Origin: Candidatus Eiseniibacteriota bacterium
Lineage (GTDB): Bacteria > Joyebacterota > Joyebacteria > Joyebacterales > Joyebacteraceae
DNA length: 62,585 bases
NCBI GenBank assembly: GCA_043819135.1
Contig: JBDRFG010000088.1
Location: 1 to 62,585, forward strand
Reading direction: 5' to 3'
Shown: piece after piece, positions 1-10,798 of the stretch
Position numbering within the stretch: position 1 is the first letter of the stretch
Layout of the letters: every line of letters begins with the position of its first letter
Notes under the pieces: model-generated
The model's database searches: none
What the model saw: the letters and a program-made list of their open reading frames with translations, nothing else
Told to the model about the DNA's origin: nothing
Translations under genes and position numbers: made by a program

Positions 1-171
1 GTGTCGAGATTCACGAGGCTCTACGAGGACATCAAGGCCAACCGGATCGACGAGAAGTTCCTGGGCGAGATCGAGTGGCGCGACCACATCTTCCAGTGGA
101 TCGACTACCGCATCTACGCTGACGACGGGCCTCCCGCGCCGTCGGGACGTGTTGGCGAGGTGACCGCGTGA
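1..171 (+). CDS. C-terminal fragment of a GH57 1,4-alpha-glucan branching enzyme (DUF1957-type), 5'-truncated by the window edge
   Basis: Frame 1 reads VSRFTRLYEDIKANRIDEKFLGEIEWRDHIFQWIDYRIY..., matching the typical RF..LY...IE..D.IF..IDYR.Y end of GH57 branching enzymes. TGA at 169-171 overlaps the next GTG (GTGA). Confidence 0.7.
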   Translation: MSRFTRLYEDIKANRIDEKFLGEIEWRDHIFQWIDYRIYADDGPPAPSGRVGEVTA

Positions 172-2225
172 GCGGGCCCGCGACACGGCGTGAGGGAGAC
201 ACGGCGGACAAGACCGGGAGCAAGAGCGCCGGAAGACCGATTCCACGTCGCGCGCGTCGCGGCAAGCTGTCCGTGGCGATCCTATGGCACCAGCATCAGC
301 CGTTCTACCGCAAGGGCATGTCCGGCGACCCGACGGGCGCCTATCTTCTCCCGTGGGTCCGTCTGCACGCTGTCCGCGACTACTACGCCATGGCGGCGAT
401 GGTGGCCGACTACCCGAACGTGCATCTGACCATCAACCTCGTCCCGTCGATGATCGTCCAGCTCGAGGACTACGTCGACAACGGGGCCACCGACCTCTGG
501 ATGGAACTCTGCCTCACCCCTACGGAACACCTGACCGACTCGGATAAGAACTTCATCGTCTCGCGCTTTTTCGACGCCAACTGGCGGCACGAGGTGGAGA
601 TCTACCCCCGATACGCGGAGCTTCTGCGCATGAGGCGCGAGTCCCGCGCCTTCACCGACCAGGACATAGACGATCTCAAGGCGTGGTTCAACATCGCGTG
701 GTTCCCGCCCGAGGCCCGATGCGAACCGTGGCGGCTTCACGGTGGAGAAGAAGTTTGCGTGCGCGAGTTCATCGACAAGGGCAGGGGTTTCGACACGAAC
801 GACGTCGTGCGCATTCTGGAGCAGCAGATGGCGATAATGAAGAACGTCGTGCCCATCCACGCGCACCTGGTCGAGAAGGGGCAGATAGAGGTGACGGTCT
901 CGCCCTTCTATCATCCCATTCTCCCTCTGCTCGTCGATACCGACCTGGCGACCATCGATGCCTCCGGGGCGACTCTTCCGCCGCGCTTCAGCCATCCCGA
1001 GGACGCGCGGGCGCAGCTTGAGAAGGCGGCGAATTTCTACCGCGACCGGTTCGGCCGGGAGCCCGTGGGACTCTGGCCGTCCGAGGGTTCCGTCGGCGAG
1101 CACATGGTGGAACTCGTGCACGAGGCGGGGTTCCGGTGGATGGCGACGGACCGGGGGGTGCTCGAGAAATCGGGAAAGCACGGCTACGAAACGGAAGATC
1201 CGGAGATCCTCCTCAGGCCGTACCTCGCGGGCCGGCCCGGCGGTCAGGTCAGCACGTTCTTCCGGCACACGCGCCTGTCCGATGACATCGGCTTCAGCAT
1301 GCAGGGCTACGCGGACTACGACCGGGCGGCCGGGGAGTTCCTGGGCTGGATCCGGAAGGGTTTTGCTGACAGGGTCGAGGATCCGTCCGAGAGGATCCTG
1401 ACGATAGCGGTAGACGGCGAGAACGCCTGGGGATCGTATCGCAACGACGCGCGGGCATTCCTCCGAGGGCTCTACTCCCGTCTCAACGACGACCCCGATC
1501 TCGTGGCGGTCACTCCGTCGGAGTTCATCGCGGGCGACGCGGCCAGAGGAGTAAAGGCCCATCCCGTCGAAGAACAGCATTCCGTCGCGCCGCTCTTCAC
1601 CGCCAGCTGGATAGACGAGATGGGCTCGCCGCACGGCAACGACCTCAACATCTGGATCGGCTCACCGCAGGAGAACCGAGCGTGGGAGGTCCTCGGCATG
1701 GTCCGCCGGCACATGGATGACGTAGGCGCGACACCGGAGGCGCACCCCGAGGCCTACGAGTCGCTCTACGCCGCCGAGGGAAGTGACTGGTTCTGGTGGT
1801 TCGGCGACGACTTCGTCCTCCCGCAGGGAGTCGACTGGATGTTCGACATGCTGTTCCGCGACCACTTGAAGAACGTCTACCGCTCTCTCGGTGAGGAGCC
1901 GCCCGAGTTCCTGGAGGAGCCGATCGTTCGGAAGCAGATGCTCTGGACCAAGGACGAGCCGGTGAGGGCGATGGAGCCCGGACAGGTTCTCCGGATCATG
2001 TCAGACACTCCCGGTACGGTGCGGTGGAGCCTGGACCGCTGGAAGACAAGCGCGACCCGCACGCTCGAGCCCACCGGCGACGTCATGGCGAACCTGAGCG
2101 GCTACTCCGTGACGCTCGGTCCGTTCGACGATGATGCGTGGGGCGTCGAGTTCGCGTTCGTCGAAGAGGCCGGCCCGGGAACCTACACGGTTCGCGTTGT
2201 CGGGACCGAGGCGCAGGGTCAGTAG
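168..2225 (+). CDS. Glycoside hydrolase family 57 (amylopullulanase-type) with C-terminal beta-sandwich extension
   Basis: GH57 motifs WHQHQP, PWVRLH, PFYHPILPLL, GLWPSEGS (nucleophile Glu), AVDGENAW (acid/base Asp), AEGSDWFWW. Confidence 0.92.
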   Translation: MSGPATRREGDTADKTGSKSAGRPIPRRARRGKLSVAILWHQHQPFYRKGMSGDPTGAYLLPWVRLHAVRDYYAMAAMVADYPNVHLTINLVPSMIVQLEDYVDNGATDLWMELCLTPTEHLTDSDKNFIVSRFFDANWRHEVEIYPRYAELLRMRRESRAFTDQDIDDLKAWFNIAWFPPEARCEPWRLHGGEEVCVREFIDKGRGFDTNDVVRILEQQMAIMKNVVPIHAHLVEKGQIEVTVSPFYHPILPLLVDTDLATIDASGATLPPRFSHPEDARAQLEKAANFYRDRFGREPVGLWPSEGSVGEHMVELVHEAGFRWMATDRGVLEKSGKHGYETEDPEILLRPYLAGRPGGQVSTFFRHTRLSDDIGFSMQGYADYDRAAGEFLGWIRKGFADRVEDPSERILTIAVDGENAWGSYRNDARAFLRGLYSRLNDDPDLVAVTPSEFIAGDAARGVKAHPVEEQHSVAPLFTASWIDEMGSPHGNDLNIWIGSPQENRAWEVLGMVRRHMDDVGATPEAHPEAYESLYAAEGSDWFWWFGDDFVLPQGVDWMFDMLFRDHLKNVYRSLGEEPPEFLEEPIVRKQMLWTKDEPVRAMEPGQVLRIMSDTPGTVRWSLDRWKTSATRTLEPTGDVMANLSGYSVTLGPFDDDAWGVEFAFVEEAGPGTYTVRVVGTEAQGQ

Positions 2226-2342
2226 GACGCTGTCGGAGTCGAGACGGTGAACACAGCGGGACGCCGTCCCATCCGCGCACCTCGGGCTTGGAACGGGGCC
2301 CTTGGCCTGCTAGACTGGAGCAGACCGGTCGGAGGTGCGCCT

Positions 2343-5300
2343 TTGTCCAAACGTCTGCTTCGTACATCACTTCGAATACTCGCAGCCATCGGGGTCGCGA
2401 TCGCGATTCTGGTGGCCGTTCTGTTCTTGACACCGTTCGGCGTGCGGGCGGTGACCTCGATCGGCTGGTCGAGAGCCGCCGGCGATTCGGGCGTAGAGCT
2501 CTCTGTCGGGTCCACGAGCGGAAGCCTCGTTCGGGGCATCACCTTCCAGGATGTGCTTCTCACAGCACAAGACGGAACCCGGCTTCTTGCGGCCGATCGA
2601 ATAGGCGCCAGGCTCGGCCGGATCAGCCTGAGTTCGAAGCGTGTCGAACTTGAGAGTGTTCGGATCGACGGAGCCGAGTTCTTCTTCGCGAACGGCGACG
2701 ACGGGAAGCAGGTCGGCTGGTCGAGGCTCGGACGCGTGCGCCCGGCCGAGCTGCCCGATGGCGCGGATGCAGGCGCGTGGGAGGTCCTCTTCGACCTCGC
2801 GCTGGCGGACGTCACCGTCAGGGTGCGCAACGCCGCGTCGGGTCTCGCGATGGTCGTGGGCCCCGTCGAGGGTGCCGCGTCGGGCGCGCTCGAGGAGTTC
2901 GACATGGCCCTTGAGGGAGCTGTGTCGCTCGAGCTCCGCTCGCTTGGCGAGCCCATCGCCGGCGAGTTCGACGGGCTCGCGACGCTTGCCGCCCATGAAC
3001 TCCTCAAGCTCGATTCTCTCGTGCTTCGCACGAACGCCGGCAACGCGTCGGCCGCCGGGACCGTGCAGCTGAGGGGCACGGCGCAGCCTGACTCTGCCGG
3101 GGCTTCTGAGGCGGACGAGTCCGGCGCCGGGGGCATTCGTGCCGACGAGTCCAGCGCCGGGCCTTCCGCGGATCTGACCATAGAATCCACGCACGACCTG
3201 TCGCAGCTGACGGCGCTGCTCGGAGCGTCCGCCGCCTCGGGCGACCTCAGGAGCATCACCGGAGCGCTGTTGCTTTCCTCGAAGATGAATGGTCCGTTCG
3301 CGTCGCCCGCCTACTCGACTCGGCTGCGCGCGGAGAACGTCAGCTACGGTGCGGCACAGATCGAGCTTCTGACCGCATCGCTCAAGGGAGACATTTCGGC
3401 GCTCACCGCGGAGTCGCTTCACGTTGAGGCAATGGGCGGCACCGTGGATGCCGAGGCGACGGTCGAGTTCCCGGACGCTGGTGACGACGCCCGTTTCCCG
3501 CGTCTGCGTAGCAAGGCGGAGTTCCGGGGGCTGAAGCTGGACCGTCTTGCCGCACTTACGCCTGACGGCAACGCGCGCGTGTCCGGAACGCTCGGCGGAA
3601 CGGTGACCATCGACTGGGGGTCGCCGGGGCTGTCGAACCTGAACGCGTCGTTCGACCTGAACACCTCGCGGCTCGTCGCCGCGGAGAAGGACCTTGACTC
3701 GCTGTCGGTCAGGGGCCGGGTGACGGAGGGACTTCTCGTTTCCTCCGGCTTCTGCTGCGGCACGTCTCTCACTGCCGACGGCCGACTGACCGACGACGGA
3801 CTCCGCGAGCTTTCCATCTCGCTCGCTGCCGACGACCTGGCGGTGCTCGGACAAGCCTTCGACGTAGTCGAACTGGCCGGTAGCGGAACGGCCGAACTCA
3901 AGTTGAGCGACATCGGCGCATCGCCCTCGCTCTCCGGCACCGCCGAGTTTCCCGATCTCAGATACGGCGACGTACAGGCCGGACCGGTCCGGGTCGAAGC
4001 GCGCGGACTGGACGGGTCCTACAACGTGCTCTACGAGGCCTTCGACTCATCGCTGCTCGGCACCGCTTCGCTGGGCAGCGGGGGAGAGTACGCCGCGTCC
4101 GCCATCGCACGATCGTTCGATCTCGCGGCGGTCATCGACGACTCCCTTCGCGAAGCGATGTCACTCGAAGGTGTGCTCTCGGGTGCTGCCACCGTGAGCG
4201 GCAACGTCGGCGGCGCCTACGCGTTGACGGGAGAGATATCTGAACTGGACCTCGCCGTGCGCAGACAGAGCGCCGCGCTCACTGCTCCCTTCAGTTTCGC
4301 CGTGTCGCCCGACTCGGTCCGGCTGACCGAGGCTGCTCTCGCCGGCACGTTCGGCGAGGCGTCCGTTGCAGGAAGCTACAGCGCCGCGGACGCTCTCGAC
4401 ATCGTACTGAGCTTCGGCGGCGCGGAGCTCTCCGAACTCGCGCAGCTTCTGCCTGAGCCACTGGACTTCCCGCCGCGCGGCCGGCTGGCGGGCAGCGTGC
4501 GGCTGGCCGGAACGCGGCGGTCACCCGTGTTCTTCGCCGACATCTCCCTTGTGGGCTTCGAGATGTCGGGTCTGTCCCTGGACTCGGTCACGCTCGAGGC
4601 GGAAGGCGACTCCTCCGACGTCATGTTCGACGTGACGGCCGCGAGCACCGAATCGGGCCGGGTCTCCATCAACGGCGCGGTGCCAGTGACCCCGGACTCG
4701 GTGACCGTTCTCAGACTGGACGCGGGACGCGAGTTCGGTGTCAGCGTCGTATCGTCTGGGTTCATACTCGACGCGGCCGAGCCGATACTGCCGGGCGTGC
4801 GCGGCGAGAAGCGGTTCAGGGTCGACGGGTCCGCGCTCCTGACTGGCACTGTGGACTCGCTGGCGTCGGTCACGGGAAGAGGGCTCTTCACCCGGCTGTC
4901 CGCGTCGTTCGACCTCGCGGAGTTCTCGCTGGTCGACACCGTGTACTTCGACGTGGCCGGGGGAAGGGTCGACTTCGGCGAGTTCGCGGTCGACGTTCTG
5001 CGCCGCCACGTTCTCGGCGAGCCGGCGGGGGGCAGGGTGACCGTCGGGGGCTTCACGAGCCTGAACGGCGAGACGCGGATATCGGCTACCTCGACGGGCC
5101 TCGACATCGGTCACCTGGTCCGCGCGCTGGGAGCGGACCCGGGCTCGCAGATAAGGGGGAAGCTCGACGCTGACGCTCTCATAGAGGGATCGGGCGGCGA
5201 GAGAACCGTGTCCTTCGCGTGGAGCGTGGATTCTCCCAGGCTGTTCGACTTCGGGTTCGATCGAGCGGCGGGCTCAGGCACGTTCGAGGCCGGCGCGTTG

Positions 5301-6698
5301 AGGATAGAGAAGGCGGAACTGGTGGCGGGCGACCGCAGCATCGGTGTGACCGGGACGGTCGCCACGGGCGACGACGGGTCTCCGGAACTGGACCTCCGGG
5401 TGGTCGCCAGCGACTTCCGTCTGCGACGGCTCAAGAGGTTGCCTCCGGGGCTGGACAGGATCGACGGGCGGCTGGACGTGGACCTGAAAGTCAAGGGGCG
5501 CGCCGACTCGCTCGGCATCGACGGGACCGCGCTCCTGTCGGGCGGGAAGCTCGAGGGGTTCGGACTCGCGAAGCCCATCACCGGCGTCGAGATGGACGCG
5601 CAGAGCCAGGGAACGACCGTCGCGGTCAAGCGCCTCCGCGCTCGGTCGGGAGACGGGAGCGTCGACGCGTCGGCGCTCGTCGACCTCTCCGTGAGCCGGG
5701 TCGATCCCACGTTCCTGGCAATGGCCAGTCTGAACTCTCCGTCGTTCGAGATCGAGGACGTCATCGAGGGGAGCGTTTCGGGCAACCTCACCTGGGGCGG
5801 CACCTTCTCGCACTCGGCGCTGCAGGGCAGGATCAGCGTCGAGAAGGCGACGGTGACGCGCTCCGTCGGTCTGAGCGACCTGATGGGACGGGGCCCCAGA
5901 GTGGTCGTCGTCAAGCGCGTGGACGATCCGCGTGCCAACGTCGCGCTCGATCTCGACCTGGAGATCAAGGAGCCCATCAAGGTCGAGAGCAACGTCGCCA
6001 AGCTGTCGCTCGAGGGTGGGGCGACCGTCGGGGGAACCATGGCGGCGCCGAGGGTCTCCGGCAGCTTCCGGGCGGAAGGCGGGACGTTCAACTACGTGAG
6101 CAACGACTTCACCATAGAGGAGCTCACCGTCAACTTCATCGAGGCCGAGAGGCGCGATCCCTACGTGAAGCTCGTCGGCGCCTCGGACGTCGAGAGCCGG
6201 TCGGGAGAGCAGTACCGCGTCATGGTCCGCGTCGACGGATACCTCAACGACGCCGTCCCAGAGCTGACGAGCGTTCCCGCCCTGAGCCAGCCGGACATCT
6301 TTTCGCTTCTCACCTTCGGGAGCACGTTCGGGGGCCTGGTGTCCGGAGGCCAGAGCACGGGCAGCTCCGGTGACAACTTCAGCAATCTGGCGCGCGGTGC
6401 CTTCCTTTCGAGCGCCTTCGGGCTCGCTGAGAAGACGCTGGAGAGACTCCTGCATCTGGACAGGGTGGCCATCGCTGACGTGGAAGCCGCGTCCGGGAAC
6501 GGTGTGGACACGGACGTGATGATCGGGAAGGACTTCGGCGGACGCCTTCGCGTCAGCTACACGACGTCCGTCGGGCGTTCCAGCAACCAGAGAGTAGAGG
6601 TCTCGTTCGAGCTGGCCAGACGTCTCTGGCTCGAGACCCGAACGGACCCGGAAGGAAACCATGCTGTCGGTCTCAAGTTTCAGATTCCATTCAAATAG
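2343..6698 (+). CDS. tamB: Translocation/assembly module TamB-like protein
   Basis: N-terminal TM anchor, long Gly-rich beta-taco repeats, C-terminal DUF490-like region (LTSVPALSQPDIFSLL; GKDF...LRVSY; ends FQIPFK), directly upstream of an Omp85 gene. Start moved to TTG 2343 behind GGAGG (ORF track starts 2247). Confidence 0.85.
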   Translation: MSKRLLRTSLRILAAIGVAIAILVAVLFLTPFGVRAVTSIGWSRAAGDSGVELSVGSTSGSLVRGITFQDVLLTAQDGTRLLAADRIGARLGRISLSSKRVELESVRIDGAEFFFANGDDGKQVGWSRLGRVRPAELPDGADAGAWEVLFDLALADVTVRVRNAASGLAMVVGPVEGAASGALEEFDMALEGAVSLELRSLGEPIAGEFDGLATLAAHELLKLDSLVLRTNAGNASAAGTVQLRGTAQPDSAGASEADESGAGGIRADESSAGPSADLTIESTHDLSQLTALLGASAASGDLRSITGALLLSSKMNGPFASPAYSTRLRAENVSYGAAQIELLTASLKGDISALTAESLHVEAMGGTVDAEATVEFPDAGDDARFPRLRSKAEFRGLKLDRLAALTPDGNARVSGTLGGTVTIDWGSPGLSNLNASFDLNTSRLVAAEKDLDSLSVRGRVTEGLLVSSGFCCGTSLTADGRLTDDGLRELSISLAADDLAVLGQAFDVVELAGSGTAELKLSDIGASPSLSGTAEFPDLRYGDVQAGPVRVEARGLDGSYNVLYEAFDSSLLGTASLGSGGEYAASAIARSFDLAAVIDDSLREAMSLEGVLSGAATVSGNVGGAYALTGEISELDLAVRRQSAALTAPFSFAVSPDSVRLTEAALAGTFGEASVAGSYSAADALDIVLSFGGAELSELAQLLPEPLDFPPRGRLAGSVRLAGTRRSPVFFADISLVGFEMSGLSLDSVTLEAEGDSSDVMFDVTAASTESGRVSINGAVPVTPDSVTVLRLDAGREFGVSVVSSGFILDAAEPILPGVRGEKRFRVDGSALLTGTVDSLASVTGRGLFTRLSASFDLAEFSLVDTVYFDVAGGRVDFGEFAVDVLRRHVLGEPAGGRVTVGGFTSLNGETRISATSTGLDIGHLVRALGADPGSQIRGKLDADALIEGSGGERTVSFAWSVDSPRLFDFGFDRAAGSGTFEAGALRIEKAELVAGDRSIGVTGTVATGDDGSPELDLRVVASDFRLRRLKRLPPGLDRIDGRLDVDLKVKGRADSLGIDGTALLSGGKLEGFGLAKPITGVEMDAQSQGTTVAVKRLRARSGDGSVDASALVDLSVSRVDPTFLAMASLNSPSFEIEDVIEGSVSGNLTWGGTFSHSALQGRISVEKATVTRSVGLSDLMGRGPRVVVVKRVDDPRANVALDLDLEIKEPIKVESNVAKLSLEGGATVGGTMAAPRVSGSFRAEGGTFNYVSNDFTIEELTVNFIEAERRDPYVKLVGASDVESRSGEQYRVMVRVDGYLNDAVPELTSVPALSQPDIFSLLTFGSTFGGLVSGGQSTGSSGDNFSNLARGAFLSSAFGLAEKTLERLLHLDRVAIADVEAASGNGVDTDVMIGKDFGGRLRVSYTTSVGRSSNQRVEVSFELARRLWLETRTDPEGNHAVGLKFQIPFK

Positions 6699-8535
6699 AA
6701 CCGCGGGCAGTCGGGTAGGCCCGGCGCTTTTTCTCGCGCTGGCGCTCCTTCTGCCGTCGGTCGCCACGGCCGCCAGGATCGATCCCGTGCTCGTGCGGCG
6801 CGCCGCCGCTCGTCACGCGTCCACCGGTCCGATGGTGGAGGACGTCGTCTTCGTCGGAAATGACGCCTTCGACGAGGATCTGCTGTTCGGCTACATGCAC
6901 ACGCGGGAGAGCGGCCTCCTTCGCAAGAGCTACTACGACAGGCGGACGTTCCTGCAGGACCTCGCGAACCTCGAGAGATTCTACGTGTCGCAGGGATTCC
7001 TCGAAGCCGACGTGGAGATGGACGACATCAGTCTGAGCGCTGACTCCACGCGCGTGGAGATCCTTATAGGGGTATACGAGGGCGACCGCTGGATGGTAGA
7101 GAGCGTGACGTTCGAGGGAGAGAGCGTTATTCCGGAGGACGAGCTGCGCGCTCTGGTTCTTCTCGATGAGGGCAGTCCCTTCATCCTGGGTTTCATCGAG
7201 CGAGACCGCCGGGTGGTCTCCGAGGAATACGCGCGCCGGTCGTACCTGGACGCGCGCGTCTTGCAGGTAGTCACGCGCGACGACGACAGGCGGCTCGTCG
7301 CGATCGACTACGCCATAACCGAGCGCGAGCGGGCAACGATCGCATCCATAGACGTCGAGGGAGATGAGAAGGTCAGGAAGTTCGTGGTCGAGCGCGAGCT
7401 GACGTTCCATGAGGGGGAGCTCTTCGACTTCAGGAAGATAGGGGAGTCACAGGCGCACTTGTACCGGACCGGTCTCTTCAACTCGGTCTGGATCGAACCG
7501 GCCGCCGCCGATACGGGGAAGCCTGCGAAACGGGTTATCGTGCGCGTCGGCGAGCGGGCCAGCGGTGAGTTCGACCTCTCCGGAAGCTACGCGGGTGTCA
7601 ACCTTGAGGGACTACGGGGCCTCGACTTCCTCGAACTCGGAGCGGAGTTCAGGAACAGAAACGTCCAGGGCCAGGCCACGAACATGACGCTGGGGGGACG
7701 ATACAGTGGGCTCGCAAGGGACGTGCGGGCATCGGTCGGCGATCCTTGGTTCCTGGGGAAGCGCGTGGCCGCCGAGTTTGCGGTCCACTACGAGTGGATG
7801 GAGGAGAAGAACTCGGTGCGGTTCGTGACGGAAGTGACCAGCGGCAGCTTCGTCATGTCGAAGAAGTTTGGCCTGAACGTCGCTCTCGAGGGTGGGTACG
7901 AGTACAGTCACAACTACGACGAATCCGACGATAACAGGTCGACCGAGACGAGCGCCCTGCTTATTGGGACCGTCTACGACTCCCGCAATGACGTTCTGAG
8001 TGCGAGCCGCGGGATGTTCCTCAGGGGAGAGGTAGACATCGCGAGCTCTCATCTCGGCGGGATGAACGACTTCACGCGTGTGGAGGTGGACTGGCGCGGG
8101 TACGTCAGGCCGATCCCGGGCAGGGTCGCCGCGCTTCAGCTGAGGGCCGGATGGATCGAGCCGTCCGGCGACGACAGTGAGGTTCCGGGGCCGGAGCGGT
8201 ACCTTGCCGACAGGGCAGGTCTTGTGCGCGGCCTTCCGCGCGAGGCCCTGGGTCCGCTCGACGACGACGGGACGCCCACTGGTGGGCTGGCGCTCGTCCT
8301 GGCGCGAGGCGAGATCCGCTTCCCCGTGCGCAAGAGTCTGCGCGGAGCGGCGTTCGTCGATGCCGGCCGCGTGTTCGGACACATCGAGGACCTCCAGCTC
8401 TCGCGGCTGGAGGTGGGCGCCGGACTGGGCCTCCGCTTCGAGACCCGTATCGGCGTTCTGAGACTAGATGTGGGCATACCGCTGTCCCGGGAGGGCGAAC
8501 CGCAGTACTACTTCGGAGTGGGGCAGGCATTCTGA
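6661..8535 (+). CDS. Omp85/BamA-TamA family outer-membrane protein with POTRA domains
   Basis: POTRA-like repeats (FVGNDAF, LYRTGLF), barrel motifs VRG, FVDAG, GAGLGLRF..IGVLRLDVG, C-terminal YFGVGQAF. Confidence 0.9.
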   Translation: MLSVSSFRFHSNRTAGSRVGPALFLALALLLPSVATAARIDPVLVRRAAARHASTGPMVEDVVFVGNDAFDEDLLFGYMHTRESGLLRKSYYDRRTFLQDLANLERFYVSQGFLEADVEMDDISLSADSTRVEILIGVYEGDRWMVESVTFEGESVIPEDELRALVLLDEGSPFILGFIERDRRVVSEEYARRSYLDARVLQVVTRDDDRRLVAIDYAITERERATIASIDVEGDEKVRKFVVERELTFHEGELFDFRKIGESQAHLYRTGLFNSVWIEPAAADTGKPAKRVIVRVGERASGEFDLSGSYAGVNLEGLRGLDFLELGAEFRNRNVQGQATNMTLGGRYSGLARDVRASVGDPWFLGKRVAAEFAVHYEWMEEKNSVRFVTEVTSGSFVMSKKFGLNVALEGGYEYSHNYDESDDNRSTETSALLIGTVYDSRNDVLSASRGMFLRGEVDIASSHLGGMNDFTRVEVDWRGYVRPIPGRVAALQLRAGWIEPSGDDSEVPGPERYLADRAGLVRGLPREALGPLDDDGTPTGGLALVLARGEIRFPVRKSLRGAAFVDAGRVFGHIEDLQLSRLEVGAGLGLRFETRIGVLRLDVGIPLSREGEPQYYFGVGQAF

Positions 8536-8573
8536 GCCGACCGACCCGGAGGCACACTCCCGACCACGTTCTC

Positions 8574-8594
8574 GGGGCCCTCTGGGCCCCGTTT
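8574..8594 (+). terminator. Short GC hairpin after the Omp85 gene
   Basis: GGGGCCC-tct-GGGCCCC followed by gttt. Confidence 0.45.
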
Positions 8595-8674
8595 CAAGTT
8601 GCGATGGCCTCGCGCAATGTGTATTATTCTACTTCGTCCTATGTGGACAAGAACGTGGATTTTCTGTCTGTTGA

Positions 8675-10348
<1,674 letters not shown>

Positions 10349-10407
10349 CATTATCGCTTCCGCCGCGGTGACCCGTGGCAGAGGTGAGACATCCGAATAG
10401 CGGTCAA

Positions 10408-10718
10408 ACGCGATGAAGGAGAGGAGTAGGCCCAAGCGCGCCAATGAGAGAGGGGCTTCACGGTTGAGAGAGCCCTTGGTATGCGCCGGCCGAACGTCGC
10501 TCCAGAGCAGCCGGACTGAACGGACCGGAGGCGAGAGCCTTTAAGAGCGGTCCCGCGTAGGTTCGGACGGACGGGCCCGTCACAGCCCCAATCGAGCGCC
10601 CGGAACCTGCGGCGGCAACGCCGCCCCAGGTCCCTGGAATCGGGATGGTACCGCGGGACGGACGCAGTTATCGGGTCCTCTCGTTCCCAGTCGAGGAATG
10701 AGAGGGCCCGTTTCGTTT
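10408..10718 (+). promoter_or_regulatory. T-box riboswitch (valine; transcriptional attenuator)
   Basis: Stem I has AGTA..GAA S-turn, AGAGA and GGTTGAGA distal motifs and specifier GTC (10496-10498, Val). Stem II, IIA/B and III are present. T-box GGGA-TGGTACC-GCG (10642-10655) pairs with CGT-TCCC. Terminator hairpin 10672-10710 plus tttcgttt. Lies directly upstream of valS. Confidence 0.92.
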
Positions 10719-10798
10719 GCGGGTCCGATGGAAAAAACGCGTGAGCCCCGGGCCACACGGCCCGCCTCCGACAACGCACAAGCCCGAGAGGACGACAC

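Noticed and set aside
10479..10481. GTA as the T-box specifier codon
   Set aside because: It is also a Val codon but lies in the upper stem. The position after the GAA S-turn identifies GTC at 10496-10498.
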